This document shows, in pieces, positions 19,187 through 27,999 of a DNA stretch of 64,000 nucleotides (positions are counted from its first letter, which is position 1; each line of letters starts with the position of its first letter). The position numbers and the translations under genes are program-made. The DNA lies in the NCBI GenBank assembly GCA_031367385.1, contig JANLPS010000358.1, positions 12,976 to 76,975 of the forward strand, read 5' to 3'. The notes below the pieces were generated by a model. It did no database searches and had not been told where the DNA came from. It worked only from the letters and a program-made list of their open reading frames with translations. The DNA is from Archangium sp. (GTDB lineage Bacteria; Myxococcota; Myxococcia; Myxococcales; Myxococcaceae).

Positions 19187-19547
19187 TCATCCACAACTGC
19201 AAACAATTCGGTACCCGCACGCGGCGAACGCCGCACCGTTGCCCAGCCGAGCGCGAGAATGCTCCGGAGCGAACACGATACAGCCTGACTGACCGTGCTG
19301 ATCTTCCAGCTCAAACTCGCAACCGCCCTCGGCCGCCGTCCGAATCACCCCTTCACAGTGGCCGCCGTCCCGTTCAACGATTGCGAACTGGCGAGCCGTT
19401 CAGCGGCAGCAGCAACGCCTTTGGCGCCTCGGGTTCGACAAGTCGCTCATCACGTTGAGCCCCTGTCAGAGCGACGATTTGCGAATTGGCGCATGAAACC
19501 AAGACAAAGCAAGCCAACATCCAAGTCATATCGCGGTGCGTGTTCAT
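19187..19547 (-). pseudogene. Small Cys-rich lipoprotein gene with an apparent frameshift near 19390
   Basis: ATG 19547 after GAGG encodes the signal MNTHRDMTWMLACFVLVSC and stops at 19374. Another frame continues QFAIVERDGGHCEG...ACGYRIVCSCG* to 19187. Confidence 0.4.
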
Positions 19548-19697
19548 GCAGGCTTCCTCGCGAAAGTGAACGCTTGGCGCGCGGCGACATACCGGCCGGG
19601 GCAGGCCCCAATGAGCTATTGGCTGTGCTGTAAGCTTCTGTACGAGAGACCCCCTCATCAACTCACGGGGCCAGGAGTACCTTTGCAAACCCCGCCA

Positions 19698-22600
19698 ATG
19701 ATCACCCTTCGAACCGCCATGGCGATGATCTTTCTCGGGGCATGCGCTCGCACTGATCACCCAGCGGAGGATCAGCCGGTCGCAGCCAAGGTCGACTCGC
19801 TTCGTCGCATTCACGCATCGCTTCGGACCGAACGTGAACGCCCTCTGGTCACCAACGGCTCAATCGAGCACACCATCGCCGAGGGCTTCACCGGTCCTTC
19901 CAGTCACTCGTACGTGCTGGTCACCGACGCGGGAGAGCGCCTCGAGTTGCACCCCACCACCGAGCTGCCGACCCTCCTCACCGGTACCCACGTTCGGCTC
20001 AACGGCGTTCGTCTCGGCGACCACCTCGTCGTGCGCCAGCTCGACGCGATGACCTCGCCCGCCCCGCCGCCACCTCCCGCGCCAACGGTTCGAACGCTCG
20101 CGGTCGTGCTCTACCACTATCAAACGCAAACCCCGCCGTGGACGGTGGCCTTCGCGCGCGGCACCGCCTTCACCGACGCGTTCAGCATTCGCAACTACTA
20201 CCAAGCCGTCTCCTTCGGTCAGATCACCCTCGAGGGTCAGGTGAATGGCGCGAACGGTGACGTGTACGGCTGGTACGTGTTGCCGGGCCCTCCACCCGTC
20301 TGCGGAGAGATCGGCTCATCGGCGGCCGCCACGCTCGCTGCAGCCGACGGGTTCAACGAAGCCAATTACCAGCATGTCGTCTACGCCTTCGCGGGCACCA
20401 GCTGCGGGTACGTCGGCAAGGCCGATGTCGGCGGTCGGCGCGTCTGGTTCAACGATGGCGCATTCAACATGGGCGCGGTGGCCCATGAGATCGGCCACAA
20501 CCTGGGCCTCGCCCACGCAGGCAGCTTGCGGTGCACCACCGCCGGCGTCCCCGTCGCGTTTGGCTTGTCGTGCGTGAACAACGAATACGGAGACCCCTTC
20601 GACATCATGGGCGATGCCTGGAGTCACCGGCAGCTCAAACCCGAAAACAGAAATCAGCTCGGGTGGTTGACCGGCGCGGGCATTCAGCAGGTCACCCTCG
20701 ATGGCACCTTCGTTCTCGCGCCGTTGGAGTCGACGCCGGCCGGCGTTCACATGCTGCGAATCGGAGAGGTCGGTACCCCCGCCTTCAACGTCGAGTTTCG
20801 CCAGCCAACCGGCGTGTTCGATGACTTCACCGCGGCCGACCCCACGGTGAATGGAGTCATCATTCGCACCACGGGCGTGCTCGACATGACGCCCAGCACG
20901 CCCAGCTTTCTCGATGCTGCGTTGGCGGTGGGCAAGACGTTCACCGACCCACTCACCGGCCTGTCGATCACCACCAAGAGCGTCGCCGCCACCGGGGCCG
21001 AAGTCACCGTGGCCTTCGGGCCGTGCGTGCGCCGCGCGCCTTCGATGACGACTGGCACGACCTTTCAAACGACTCCAGCGGGAGGTCAGACGCTCACCTA
21101 CTCCGTGACCCTCACCAATCAGGACTACACCAAGTGCGGAGCCTCGACGTTCACCGTGACCGCCACCCTGCCGGGAGCGGGGTGGGTTCAAGCGCCAGCC
21201 GCGGCCGCGTCAATCGAGCCCGGCCAGTCACATACGTTTGATCTCGCGATCACCGGGCCAGTCGGTGCGCCCGAGGCGACCTACACGGTCGATGAGACGT
21301 TCACCAACGCCACCAGCAGCCTCAGCAACACGCTCACGCTCGAGTACGAAATCAAAACACCCGACACGATGCCGCCGGCGGTGGTGAACATCACCGCTCC
21401 CCTCGAGGGCACCATCTTCAGCGCCGCGCAATTGGTGTGGATCACCGTCGACACATCGCCCGACGTCGACCACGTCGACTTCTTCGACGGAGCGTTCGGC
21501 ATGGGGAGCTCGCGCTCCGCGCCTTTTCAGAAAATGTGGCCCGTCGACACGTACAACAATGGGCCGCACACACTCACCGCCAAGGGCTTCGACGCAGCGG
21601 GCAACTTTCTCGCGTCGACCGTGCACATCATCGTTCGCATTGGCGTCGACTTGGTGCTCGCGGCCCTCGCGACGAACGAGACCACCGTGACGCCCGGTGG
21701 CGTCATCACCGCGACCGCCAGCATCAAGAACCAGGGCATCACCGAATCGGGGGCTTGGGAAATGCGCTTCGTGCTCTCGACCGATGCGGTGTTCGGTGGG
21801 GCCGACGACATCGCCTTCGTCACAGCGCCAGTCGTCGATTCAGTTGATGCGGGAGTGACCTTCACCACCGACACAGCGCTCACCGTGCCCGCCGCAACGC
21901 CCTTCGGCGCCTACTACCTCTGCGCGGCCGCCGACAGCGCGGCGACCGTCGTCGAGACCGATGAGACCAACAACACCTCGTGCACAGCGTTCAAGGTGCA
22001 AGTGGTCTCGGGAATACCGGTGGTGGTGACCCCGGCTCACGCCACGCCGAACCCGGTGGTCGGCGTGAGCACCTCCCTCTCCACGCTCGCGAGTGACGAC
22101 CAGGGTGAGGCCGCGCTCACCTACACCTGGTCGGGCCCCGCGGGAGTCTCCTTCGCGCCGAACGGCACCAATGCCGCGTCGAACAGCGTGGCCACCTTCA
22201 CCCACGCGGGCGACTTCACGGTGCTGGTGACCATCACCGATCGCGCCAACAATCAGGTCGTCAGCTCGACCCAAATCACCGTCACAGCGACGCCGACCGC
22301 GCTCTCGGTGAGCCCCACCGTGGCTACGGTCGAGAGCGCCAACCGCCAGCAGTTCACCGCGGTCGTGACTGATCAATTTGGCGCCGCGCTCCCCGCGCAA
22401 CCCACGCTCACCTGGGTCATCAGTGGCGGCGGAGTGCTCGATGCGCAAGGCCTGTTCACCGCGGGCCCGGTCGCAGGAGGCCCCTTCGTGCTGACCGTCT
22501 CCTCGGGGTCGCTGAGCGCGACGGCGCAAGTCAGCGTATCGAGCGAACCCGATACCGCCGCGCCGACGGTGGCGATTACCGAGCCTGCCGCCGACACCCG

Positions 22601-23258
22601 ACTGGTGGGCTCGACTCGCGTGCTGGCGGTCGCGACCGACGACTTCGCCGTGGTGAAGGTGCAGCTCTTCGTCGATTCGACGCAGCTCGCCGAGCTGTCG
22701 GTGCCGCCCTTCGCCGTGATGCTCGACCCATCGTCACTGACCGCTGGTGACCACCTGCTCACCGCGAAGGCCTTCGACGCGGCAGGGCATTCCACGCTGA
22801 GCGCGCCCGTCAAAGTGGTGGTCGGCCCGGCGGGCGGCCTTGATCAATCGCCGCCGTCGGTGCGCATCACCGCTCCCGCCCAGAATGAATCGACTCGCCT
22901 CGCGCTCGATGTCAGCGCCACCGCGACTGACGACGTTGGCGTGACCCGCGTCGAATTCGAGCTCGACGGCACCCTCGCCGCCACCGTCGACGCAGCGCCG
23001 TTTGCGGCTCGTCTCACGGTCTCCGCCGGCCCGCACACCCTCGTCGCCACCGCTTGGGACGCAGTGGGGCACCGCACCCGATCGGCGACAGTCGCCTTTC
23101 GCGCTGAAGATGCGACGGTTTTCGACGGTGGCGTGACCGCGTCTCCGACTCCAGCGGGTGGCGTGAAAGGCACCTGTGGGTGCGACGCCAGCGGAGGATC
23201 GCTCCTCGTCGGCCTATTGGCCCTGCTCAGGAGGCGGCCCAGAGCAAAGGGAGACTGA
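19698..23258 (+). CDS. M11/gametolysin-like zinc metalloprotease with NEW3-like, Ig-like, CARDB-like and PKD-like domains and MYXO-CTERM
   Basis: HEIGHNLGLAH, EYGDPFDIMG, NYY..VSFGQ; D..PP.V.ITAP Ig repeats; ETDETNN; C-terminal GCGC.ASGG-hydrophobic-RRR. Confidence 0.85.
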   Translation: MITLRTAMAMIFLGACARTDHPAEDQPVAAKVDSLRRIHASLRTERERPLVTNGSIEHTIAEGFTGPSSHSYVLVTDAGERLELHPTTELPTLLTGTHVRLNGVRLGDHLVVRQLDAMTSPAPPPPPAPTVRTLAVVLYHYQTQTPPWTVAFARGTAFTDAFSIRNYYQAVSFGQITLEGQVNGANGDVYGWYVLPGPPPVCGEIGSSAAATLAAADGFNEANYQHVVYAFAGTSCGYVGKADVGGRRVWFNDGAFNMGAVAHEIGHNLGLAHAGSLRCTTAGVPVAFGLSCVNNEYGDPFDIMGDAWSHRQLKPENRNQLGWLTGAGIQQVTLDGTFVLAPLESTPAGVHMLRIGEVGTPAFNVEFRQPTGVFDDFTAADPTVNGVIIRTTGVLDMTPSTPSFLDAALAVGKTFTDPLTGLSITTKSVAATGAEVTVAFGPCVRRAPSMTTGTTFQTTPAGGQTLTYSVTLTNQDYTKCGASTFTVTATLPGAGWVQAPAAAASIEPGQSHTFDLAITGPVGAPEATYTVDETFTNATSSLSNTLTLEYEIKTPDTMPPAVVNITAPLEGTIFSAAQLVWITVDTSPDVDHVDFFDGAFGMGSSRSAPFQKMWPVDTYNNGPHTLTAKGFDAAGNFLASTVHIIVRIGVDLVLAALATNETTVTPGGVITATASIKNQGITESGAWEMRFVLSTDAVFGGADDIAFVTAPVVDSVDAGVTFTTDTALTVPAATPFGAYYLCAAADSAATVVETDETNNTSCTAFKVQVVSGIPVVVTPAHATPNPVVGVSTSLSTLASDDQGEAALTYTWSGPAGVSFAPNGTNAASNSVATFTHAGDFTVLVTITDRANNQVVSSTQITVTATPTALSVSPTVATVESANRQQFTAVVTDQFGAALPAQPTLTWVISGGGVLDAQGLFTAGPVAGGPFVLTVSSGSLSATAQVSVSSEPDTAAPTVAITEPAADTRLVGSTRVLAVATDDFAVVKVQLFVDSTQLAELSVPPFAVMLDPSSLTAGDHLLTAKAFDAAGHSTLSAPVKVVVGPAGGLDQSPPSVRITAPAQNESTRLALDVSATATDDVGVTRVEFELDGTLAATVDAAPFAARLTVSAGPHTLVATAWDAVGHRTRSATVAFRAEDATVFDGGVTASPTPAGGVKGTCGCDASGGSLLVGLLALLRRRPRAKGD

Positions 23259-23426
23259 TTCAATGCCAACGATTCTCGAGACGAAACAGTCGCGGTCGAG
23301 CGAAGCGCTTGCCGTGCTCAAGCAGTGACTCGCCGGCACCGGGGTTTTCGATGGTTGCCGCCTTCAAAGTGCGCCTAAGTCAGCCCACGCCGCCGCGCAC
23401 GTCAGTCTTTGGAGCCGCCCTCCCTC

Positions 23427-26264
23427 ATGAAGAAATCGAAAAAATCAGCCACCGCGCAGTCGGGTGACGGCCTCGCCACGCTGGTCGAACGCGACCTGAC
23501 CGCCCTCGCCACTTCGGGCACGCTGCCCATCGGCCACGGCCTCGAACAAGCGGCCGCCGAGCTGGTCACCCTGCTCACCCGCGGGGGCAAGTCGCCGCTG
23601 CTGGCCGGAGACCAGGGCGTCGGCAAGAGCGCCATCGTTCAAGAGGTCGCGCGACGCATCGCGCAGGGCAACGTGCCCGAGGGGCTCAAGGGCGCCCGCG
23701 TGCTCGAGCTCACCGCCGCTGGCATCTTCGCCCGAACCAACACGCCCAAAGGCGCCGCCGAGCTGTTCGAGGAGCTGCTCGAGACCCTGGGCGCCGTGCC
23801 CGGCACGCTGGTCTTCATGCGCGATGTTGGCCTGGTCACCGGCAGCTCACTGGTGCCGGTCTTGATTCGCGCGCTCCGCTCGGCCCGCCTGCGCTTCATC
23901 TTCGAGAGCGACCTGCGCCGTGGCAACGAGCTGCTGCGCAGTGACGAGACGCTCGCTGAGAAGCTGCACCTGGTGGTCGTCAACGAGCCGACCATCGAGC
24001 GCGCACGGTGGATTGTCGGCCGCGCCGCCGAAGACCTGGAGCTCGAAGCCGGGTTGCCCATCGACCCCTCGGCCTGCGACCTGGCCCTGCGGCTCTCGGT
24101 GAAGTTCTTGCTCGCCCAGCGGCTGCCGCGAAAGGCCCTCGAGCTGTTGCGCGAAACCGTCGCCGAGGCCTCGGGCGCCTCGAGAGACCGCGTCACCGGT
24201 GAAGACGTGCTCGCCCGCTTCTGCGCCGCCACCCGCCTGCCCCGCTTCATGGCCGACGACGCCTTGCCGCTCGACTTCGATGAGGTCGCACGCTTCTTCG
24301 GCAGCCGCCTGCTGGGCCAGACCGACGCGGTTCAGGCGGTGTTGCGCTCGGTCGCGCTGCTCAAGGCCGGCCTCAACAACCCGCGACGGCCGCTGGGTGT
24401 GTTTCTCTTCGCGGGGCCCACCGGCGTCGGCAAGACCCACCTGGCCAAGCTGCTCGCGGAGTACCTGTTCGGCTCGCATGACCGGTTGGTGCGGCTCAAC
24501 ATGGCCGACTACCCCGACTTCGGCGATGAGCAGGTGCTCTTCGGCAACCCGTGGGCCCAGGGCGCCGACGGCAAGCGCGGCGAGCTCACCCGGCTGCTCG
24601 ATTCGCGGGTCTTCACCGTGTTGCTGCTCGACGAGTTCGAGAAGGCGCACGCCAAGTGCCACGACCGGTTTCTGCAGCTCTTCGACGAAGGGCAGTTCAT
24701 CAACGCCGCCGGTGAGACGGTGCCGTGCAACAACACGCTCATCGTCTGCACCTCGAACGTAGGGGCCGAGGTGTACCGCGAGGGCTCGATTGGTTTCGCC
24801 GCCAGCCGCACCGACGACGAGCTGCTCGCCGAGGTCGACCGCCGCATCGCGACCACCTTCAGGCCTGAATTTCTCAATCGTTTCGATGCGATGTGCCACT
24901 TTCGCCCGCTGGGCAGGGTCGAGATTCGCCGCATCGCGCAGCGCGAGGTGGGCCGGGTGCTCGAGCGAGAAGGCATTCGGGCGCGGCAGCTCGATGTCGA
25001 AATCGCTCCCGAGGTGGTCGAGCTGTTGGTCGAGCGCGGGTACTCGCCGACGCATGGCGCGCGGTACCTGCAACGTGAAATCGAGAAAACCCTCACCGCG
25101 GCATTGGCGGTCGAGATTGCGCGGCAGCCGCTGCCCGCGGGCACTCCGGTGAAGGTGGTGGCGCACAAGGGCGGCGTGCATGCGATTGCCGAGCCCAAGG
25201 TACGCAGGGTGCGCGAGGCCACGGCGCAGGCGCAGCTGCCGAGCGGAGGCGCTCAAGTTCAACGGCGCAAGCTCGACGCGCGCTCGCTGCTGGCCGAGGC
25301 AGAGGCGTTGATTGGCCGGGCCGCCGGAGTCTCATCGGCCACCAAACGCACCGAGCTCGAAGCGCGACGCCGAGAGCTGCTCGCCGCCTCGCAGGCCCCC
25401 GGCTTTTGGGACGACGCGGAGCGTGCGGCGTCGGTCTTGCGCGCCTTTCGAACCGCCGAGGTGCAGCTCGCCGAGCTCGATCGACTGCGCGAGCTGTGCC
25501 AGGTGGCGCGGCGGCGAGCACGTGAAGCGAAGGGCGACATGCAGCTGGCCGCAGCGGTGCGGGCGGTTGAAGAGGCCGCGCGCGAAGTGCAGCTGGCCGA
25601 GGCCCGGGTGGCGTCGGGCACGGCGGGCACCGTCGATGACGCGTGGCTCGACGTCTCGGCCGCCCTCGAAGGAGAAGCGGGCGAAGCGTGGGTGCGCGAG
25701 CTGGTCTCGATGTACCTGGGCTGGGCCGAGCGGCGTGGGTACGAGGCGAAGGTGGTGGCTGAATCAGAGACGCCGCGCAGGGCGGTGCTGCACCTGCATG
25801 GGCCTGGCGTGTTCGGGTTTCTCTCGGGTGAGCGCGGGTTGCACCGGCGCATCGACGATGGCTCGCGGCAGGCGGCCTACGTGAGGTTGTCGAAGCCGTC
25901 GAACGCACCGATTGAGTTGCCCGAGACGCTCGAGGTGGTCGGGCGCGAAGTCAAGCGGCGCGCCGGGCGGTTCGTCGAGCGGGTGGCGAGTGAGGCACAG
26001 GCCCGAGATGAGCGCACGGGCCGCGAGCTGCAGCTGTCGGGCGCGGGGTCGGTGACGGAGTTGCGCGCGTTGACTGCGGTGGTGCTCGAGCTGCAGGGTG
26101 AAGGCGGGCTCGAGGTGCGGCGGTACTTCGTGGGGCGCAGCGCGAGAGTCGAAGACCCGAGAACCGGCGAGGCGACCCCGCGGGTCAAAGACGTGCTGCG
26201 AGGCGAAATCGACCTGTTCATCGCCGGGTGGATTACGCGGCCCCCCGACACGCTTCAGGCATGA
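23427..26264 (+). CDS. ClpA/B-type double AAA+ ATPase fused to a release-factor-2-like (PCRF) module lacking GGQ
   Basis: GDQGVGKS; LP.KA.ELL; LLGQTDAV; RPLGVFLFAGPTGVGKT; LLLDEFEKAH; FRPEFLNRFD; GAR.LQR.IE. C-terminus PGFWDD, MYLGWAERRG, G.GVFGFLSGERGLHR, VRRY..V.DPRTG..V.DVL.GEIDLFI. Confidence 0.85.
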   Translation: MKKSKKSATAQSGDGLATLVERDLTALATSGTLPIGHGLEQAAAELVTLLTRGGKSPLLAGDQGVGKSAIVQEVARRIAQGNVPEGLKGARVLELTAAGIFARTNTPKGAAELFEELLETLGAVPGTLVFMRDVGLVTGSSLVPVLIRALRSARLRFIFESDLRRGNELLRSDETLAEKLHLVVVNEPTIERARWIVGRAAEDLELEAGLPIDPSACDLALRLSVKFLLAQRLPRKALELLRETVAEASGASRDRVTGEDVLARFCAATRLPRFMADDALPLDFDEVARFFGSRLLGQTDAVQAVLRSVALLKAGLNNPRRPLGVFLFAGPTGVGKTHLAKLLAEYLFGSHDRLVRLNMADYPDFGDEQVLFGNPWAQGADGKRGELTRLLDSRVFTVLLLDEFEKAHAKCHDRFLQLFDEGQFINAAGETVPCNNTLIVCTSNVGAEVYREGSIGFAASRTDDELLAEVDRRIATTFRPEFLNRFDAMCHFRPLGRVEIRRIAQREVGRVLEREGIRARQLDVEIAPEVVELLVERGYSPTHGARYLQREIEKTLTAALAVEIARQPLPAGTPVKVVAHKGGVHAIAEPKVRRVREATAQAQLPSGGAQVQRRKLDARSLLAEAEALIGRAAGVSSATKRTELEARRRELLAASQAPGFWDDAERAASVLRAFRTAEVQLAELDRLRELCQVARRRAREAKGDMQLAAAVRAVEEAAREVQLAEARVASGTAGTVDDAWLDVSAALEGEAGEAWVRELVSMYLGWAERRGYEAKVVAESETPRRAVLHLHGPGVFGFLSGERGLHRRIDDGSRQAAYVRLSKPSNAPIELPETLEVVGREVKRRAGRFVERVASEAQARDERTGRELQLSGAGSVTELRALTAVVLELQGEGGLEVRRYFVGRSARVEDPRTGEATPRVKDVLRGEIDLFIAGWITRPPDTLQA

Positions 26265-26266
26265 CC

Positions 26267-26296
26267 CCGTTCGTCGTGAGCGAAGTCGAAGGACCC
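26267..26296 (+). repeat. REP-like palindromic element (CCGTTCGTCGTGAGCGAAGTCGAAGGACCC)
   Basis: 29 of 30 bases match the copy at 57202-57231. Confidence 0.85.
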
Positions 26297-26314
26297 CCGC
26301 TCACGCTTCCAACA

Positions 26315-26536
26315 GCTCAACTCGCGCGCCCCTGGGAGCAGGAACACATTCTGCTGCACCTCGGCGAAGTACCGCGCGTGCAAGCGGCAAAAACTGATCA
26401 GACCCCTTGCCGATGTGCCGGTGAATCGCCGATCGCGGCACGATCACATCGAGCGCACGCAGCGCCCTCGCCCACGCGTCGACGGGCAGAGAGTTGGGTC
26501 GACCAACCTGCCATCGATGTCGAGCAAGACGAGCAT
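26315..26536 (-). pseudogene. HAD-family hydrolase remnant (frameshifted, 3'-truncated)
   Basis: Three successive frames give MLVLLDIDGRLVD / VDAWARALRALDVIVPRSAIHRHIGKGSDQFLP / HARYFAEVQQNVFLLPGAREL, matching HAD motif I, the cap region and the PG..ELL motif. Confidence 0.75.
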
Positions 26537-26578
26537 CGCGCTTCTACCCCGGCGGCCAACCCGCTATTCCTCCTCCGC

Positions 26579-27085
26579 ATGCCGACTCCGACCATCGTTC
26601 ACACACTCGACGTTCAAGACCCGGACAACTCGACCTACCCGGGTCAAACCGAGCTGCTCTCGATTGGAGCGCCCTTCGCGCAGCTGATGGGCCTGCACCA
26701 CTTGGCGGTGCACCACGAGCTGCTGCCTCCGGGCCGGCGCACCAGCTGCGCGCACGCGCACGAATCAGAAGACGAGTTCGTCTACGTCATCGAGGGCACG
26801 CCCGACTTGTTTCTCGACGGAGTGCTCCACCGGCTCAAGCCCGGCTCGGCGGCCGGGTTTCCCGCCGGCACGGGGCACTCACACACGATGATCAACAACA
26901 CCACCGAGCCGGTGCGCCTGCTGGTCGTCGGAGAACCTGCCCGGGTGCGCGCCCGTATTCACTACCCGCTCGACCCAATGCGAAACGAAGCGGCCACCAA
27001 GAACAACCGCCACTGGCACGATGCGCCCGTGCTGCCCATGGGGCCCCACGATGGCCTGCCCGACGCGCTGCGAAAGAAGCCGTGA
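26579..27085 (+). CDS. Cupin domain protein
   Basis: LPPGRRTS.AHAHESEDEFVYVIEG...L.PG...GFPAGTG.SH.MIN...LLVVG...HYP. Confidence 0.88.
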   Translation: MPTPTIVHTLDVQDPDNSTYPGQTELLSIGAPFAQLMGLHHLAVHHELLPPGRRTSCAHAHESEDEFVYVIEGTPDLFLDGVLHRLKPGSAAGFPAGTGHSHTMINNTTEPVRLLVVGEPARVRARIHYPLDPMRNEAATKNNRHWHDAPVLPMGPHDGLPDALRKKP

Positions 27086-27230
27086 ACGCTCGCGCCAGCC
27101 AAGTCCTACATCCTCGCACTTCCTACAAAGAGGCCCGCGCCGATATGCCCCCAGGGGGCTGTACGTTCTGCTGCCGCACAGCTTGTTTTGACTCCGGGTG
27201 CCGGCGACCGCGAAAGCGATTCGTCGTCAG

Positions 27231-27281
27231 CCACCGACGCCGCGTTGGTGCATTCGCGGCGTCGGTGGGCAGTTTTTTTTT
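27231..27281 (+). terminator. Rho-independent terminator
   Basis: 14-bp stem CCACCGACGCCGCG / CGCGGCGTCGGTGG, then GCAG and a T9 tract; between convergent genes. Confidence 0.8.
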
Positions 27282-27292
27282 GGAAGCGCCCT

Positions 27293-27754
27293 TTAGAACG
27301 GCGCGTCTTCATCGCCCGGAGGCGGAATCTGCGACATGTCGTGACCCCCGCTCCCACCGCCACCGCCTTGACGCGCAATCTCGGCCTCGATGGCCGCCAG
27401 CAACACGCGCTCTTTGTCGTGAAACCGGGCCTTGGTCGGGTCTGAGAGCGAGCGGCGCGAGCCATTCGCGTAGAAATCGAGGTCTTGCATCGTGGCGCCC
27501 GAAATCGGCATGCCCTTCGAGCGGCCGTAGGGAGGAAACACCATTCCACCATCTCCGCCGCCGCCGCCGCTGGGCACCGAGCGGAGCCCGGGGCCTCGTG
27601 ACGCCGCGCTCGCGACAGGCTGCGAGCCGATGCTGAGCTCTCCCAGCTTCAGGCTGAAGCCCTCGCCGGTTTTGGTGGCCGTGCCGACCCGAACCTCTTC
27701 GACCGACCCGTCTTGGCGCTGCACGCTGACTGTGACTGCGTAGGTTTCGCTCAT
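27293..27754 (-). CDS. Conserved hypothetical protein with SSB-like acidic C-terminal tip (PPPGDEDAPF)
   Basis: 153-aa ORF with typical codon use: beta-rich N-domain, Gly linker, FPPYGRSKG helical domain, acidic tail ending in PF. Confidence 0.75.
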   Translation of the reverse strand: MSETYAVTVSVQRQDGSVEEVRVGTATKTGEGFSLKLGELSIGSQPVASAASRGPGLRSVPSGGGGGDGGMVFPPYGRSKGMPISGATMQDLDFYANGSRRSLSDPTKARFHDKERVLLAAIEAEIARQGGGGGSGGHDMSQIPPPGDEDAPF

Positions 27755-27786
27755 GGGCTTTCAAAAATCAGTCGCCCCGCGCGAAG

Positions 27787-27999
27787 TCAATGCCCGATGG
27801 AAATCGTCTGCCCGCATTTCGGGCATCGGGGCTTGTACTTGCTGACGCTCCCCGCCCACCCGCAGCTCGAGCACTGCACGTCAGCGTGATGCGGGTCGGC
27901 CTTCGGAGCCGCCAGCATTCGCCGCACGATGTACGCCCCCACCACCAGCGCCACCACGAAGCCGACCTTGGCTCCGTAGTGCGAGAGGAGCTCAGCCAT
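27787..27999 (-). CDS. Small membrane protein with Zn-ribbon
   Basis: TM segment, then CSSCGW...CPKCG; start overlaps the stop of the OmpA gene. Confidence 0.7.
   Translation of the reverse strand: MAELLSHYGAKVGFVVALVVGAYIVRRMLAAPKADPHHADVQCSSCGWAGSVSKYKPRCPKCGQTISIGH

Noticed and set aside
25345..26264. Genuine prfB (RF2) gene or its programmed frameshift
   Set aside because: In frame with the AAA+ domains, lacks GGQ and SPF, and I saw no CTT-TGA slip site.
26228..26578. N-terminal extension of the cupin ORF
   Set aside because: Spans the REP element and the antisense HAD pseudogene; the cupin starts at 26579.
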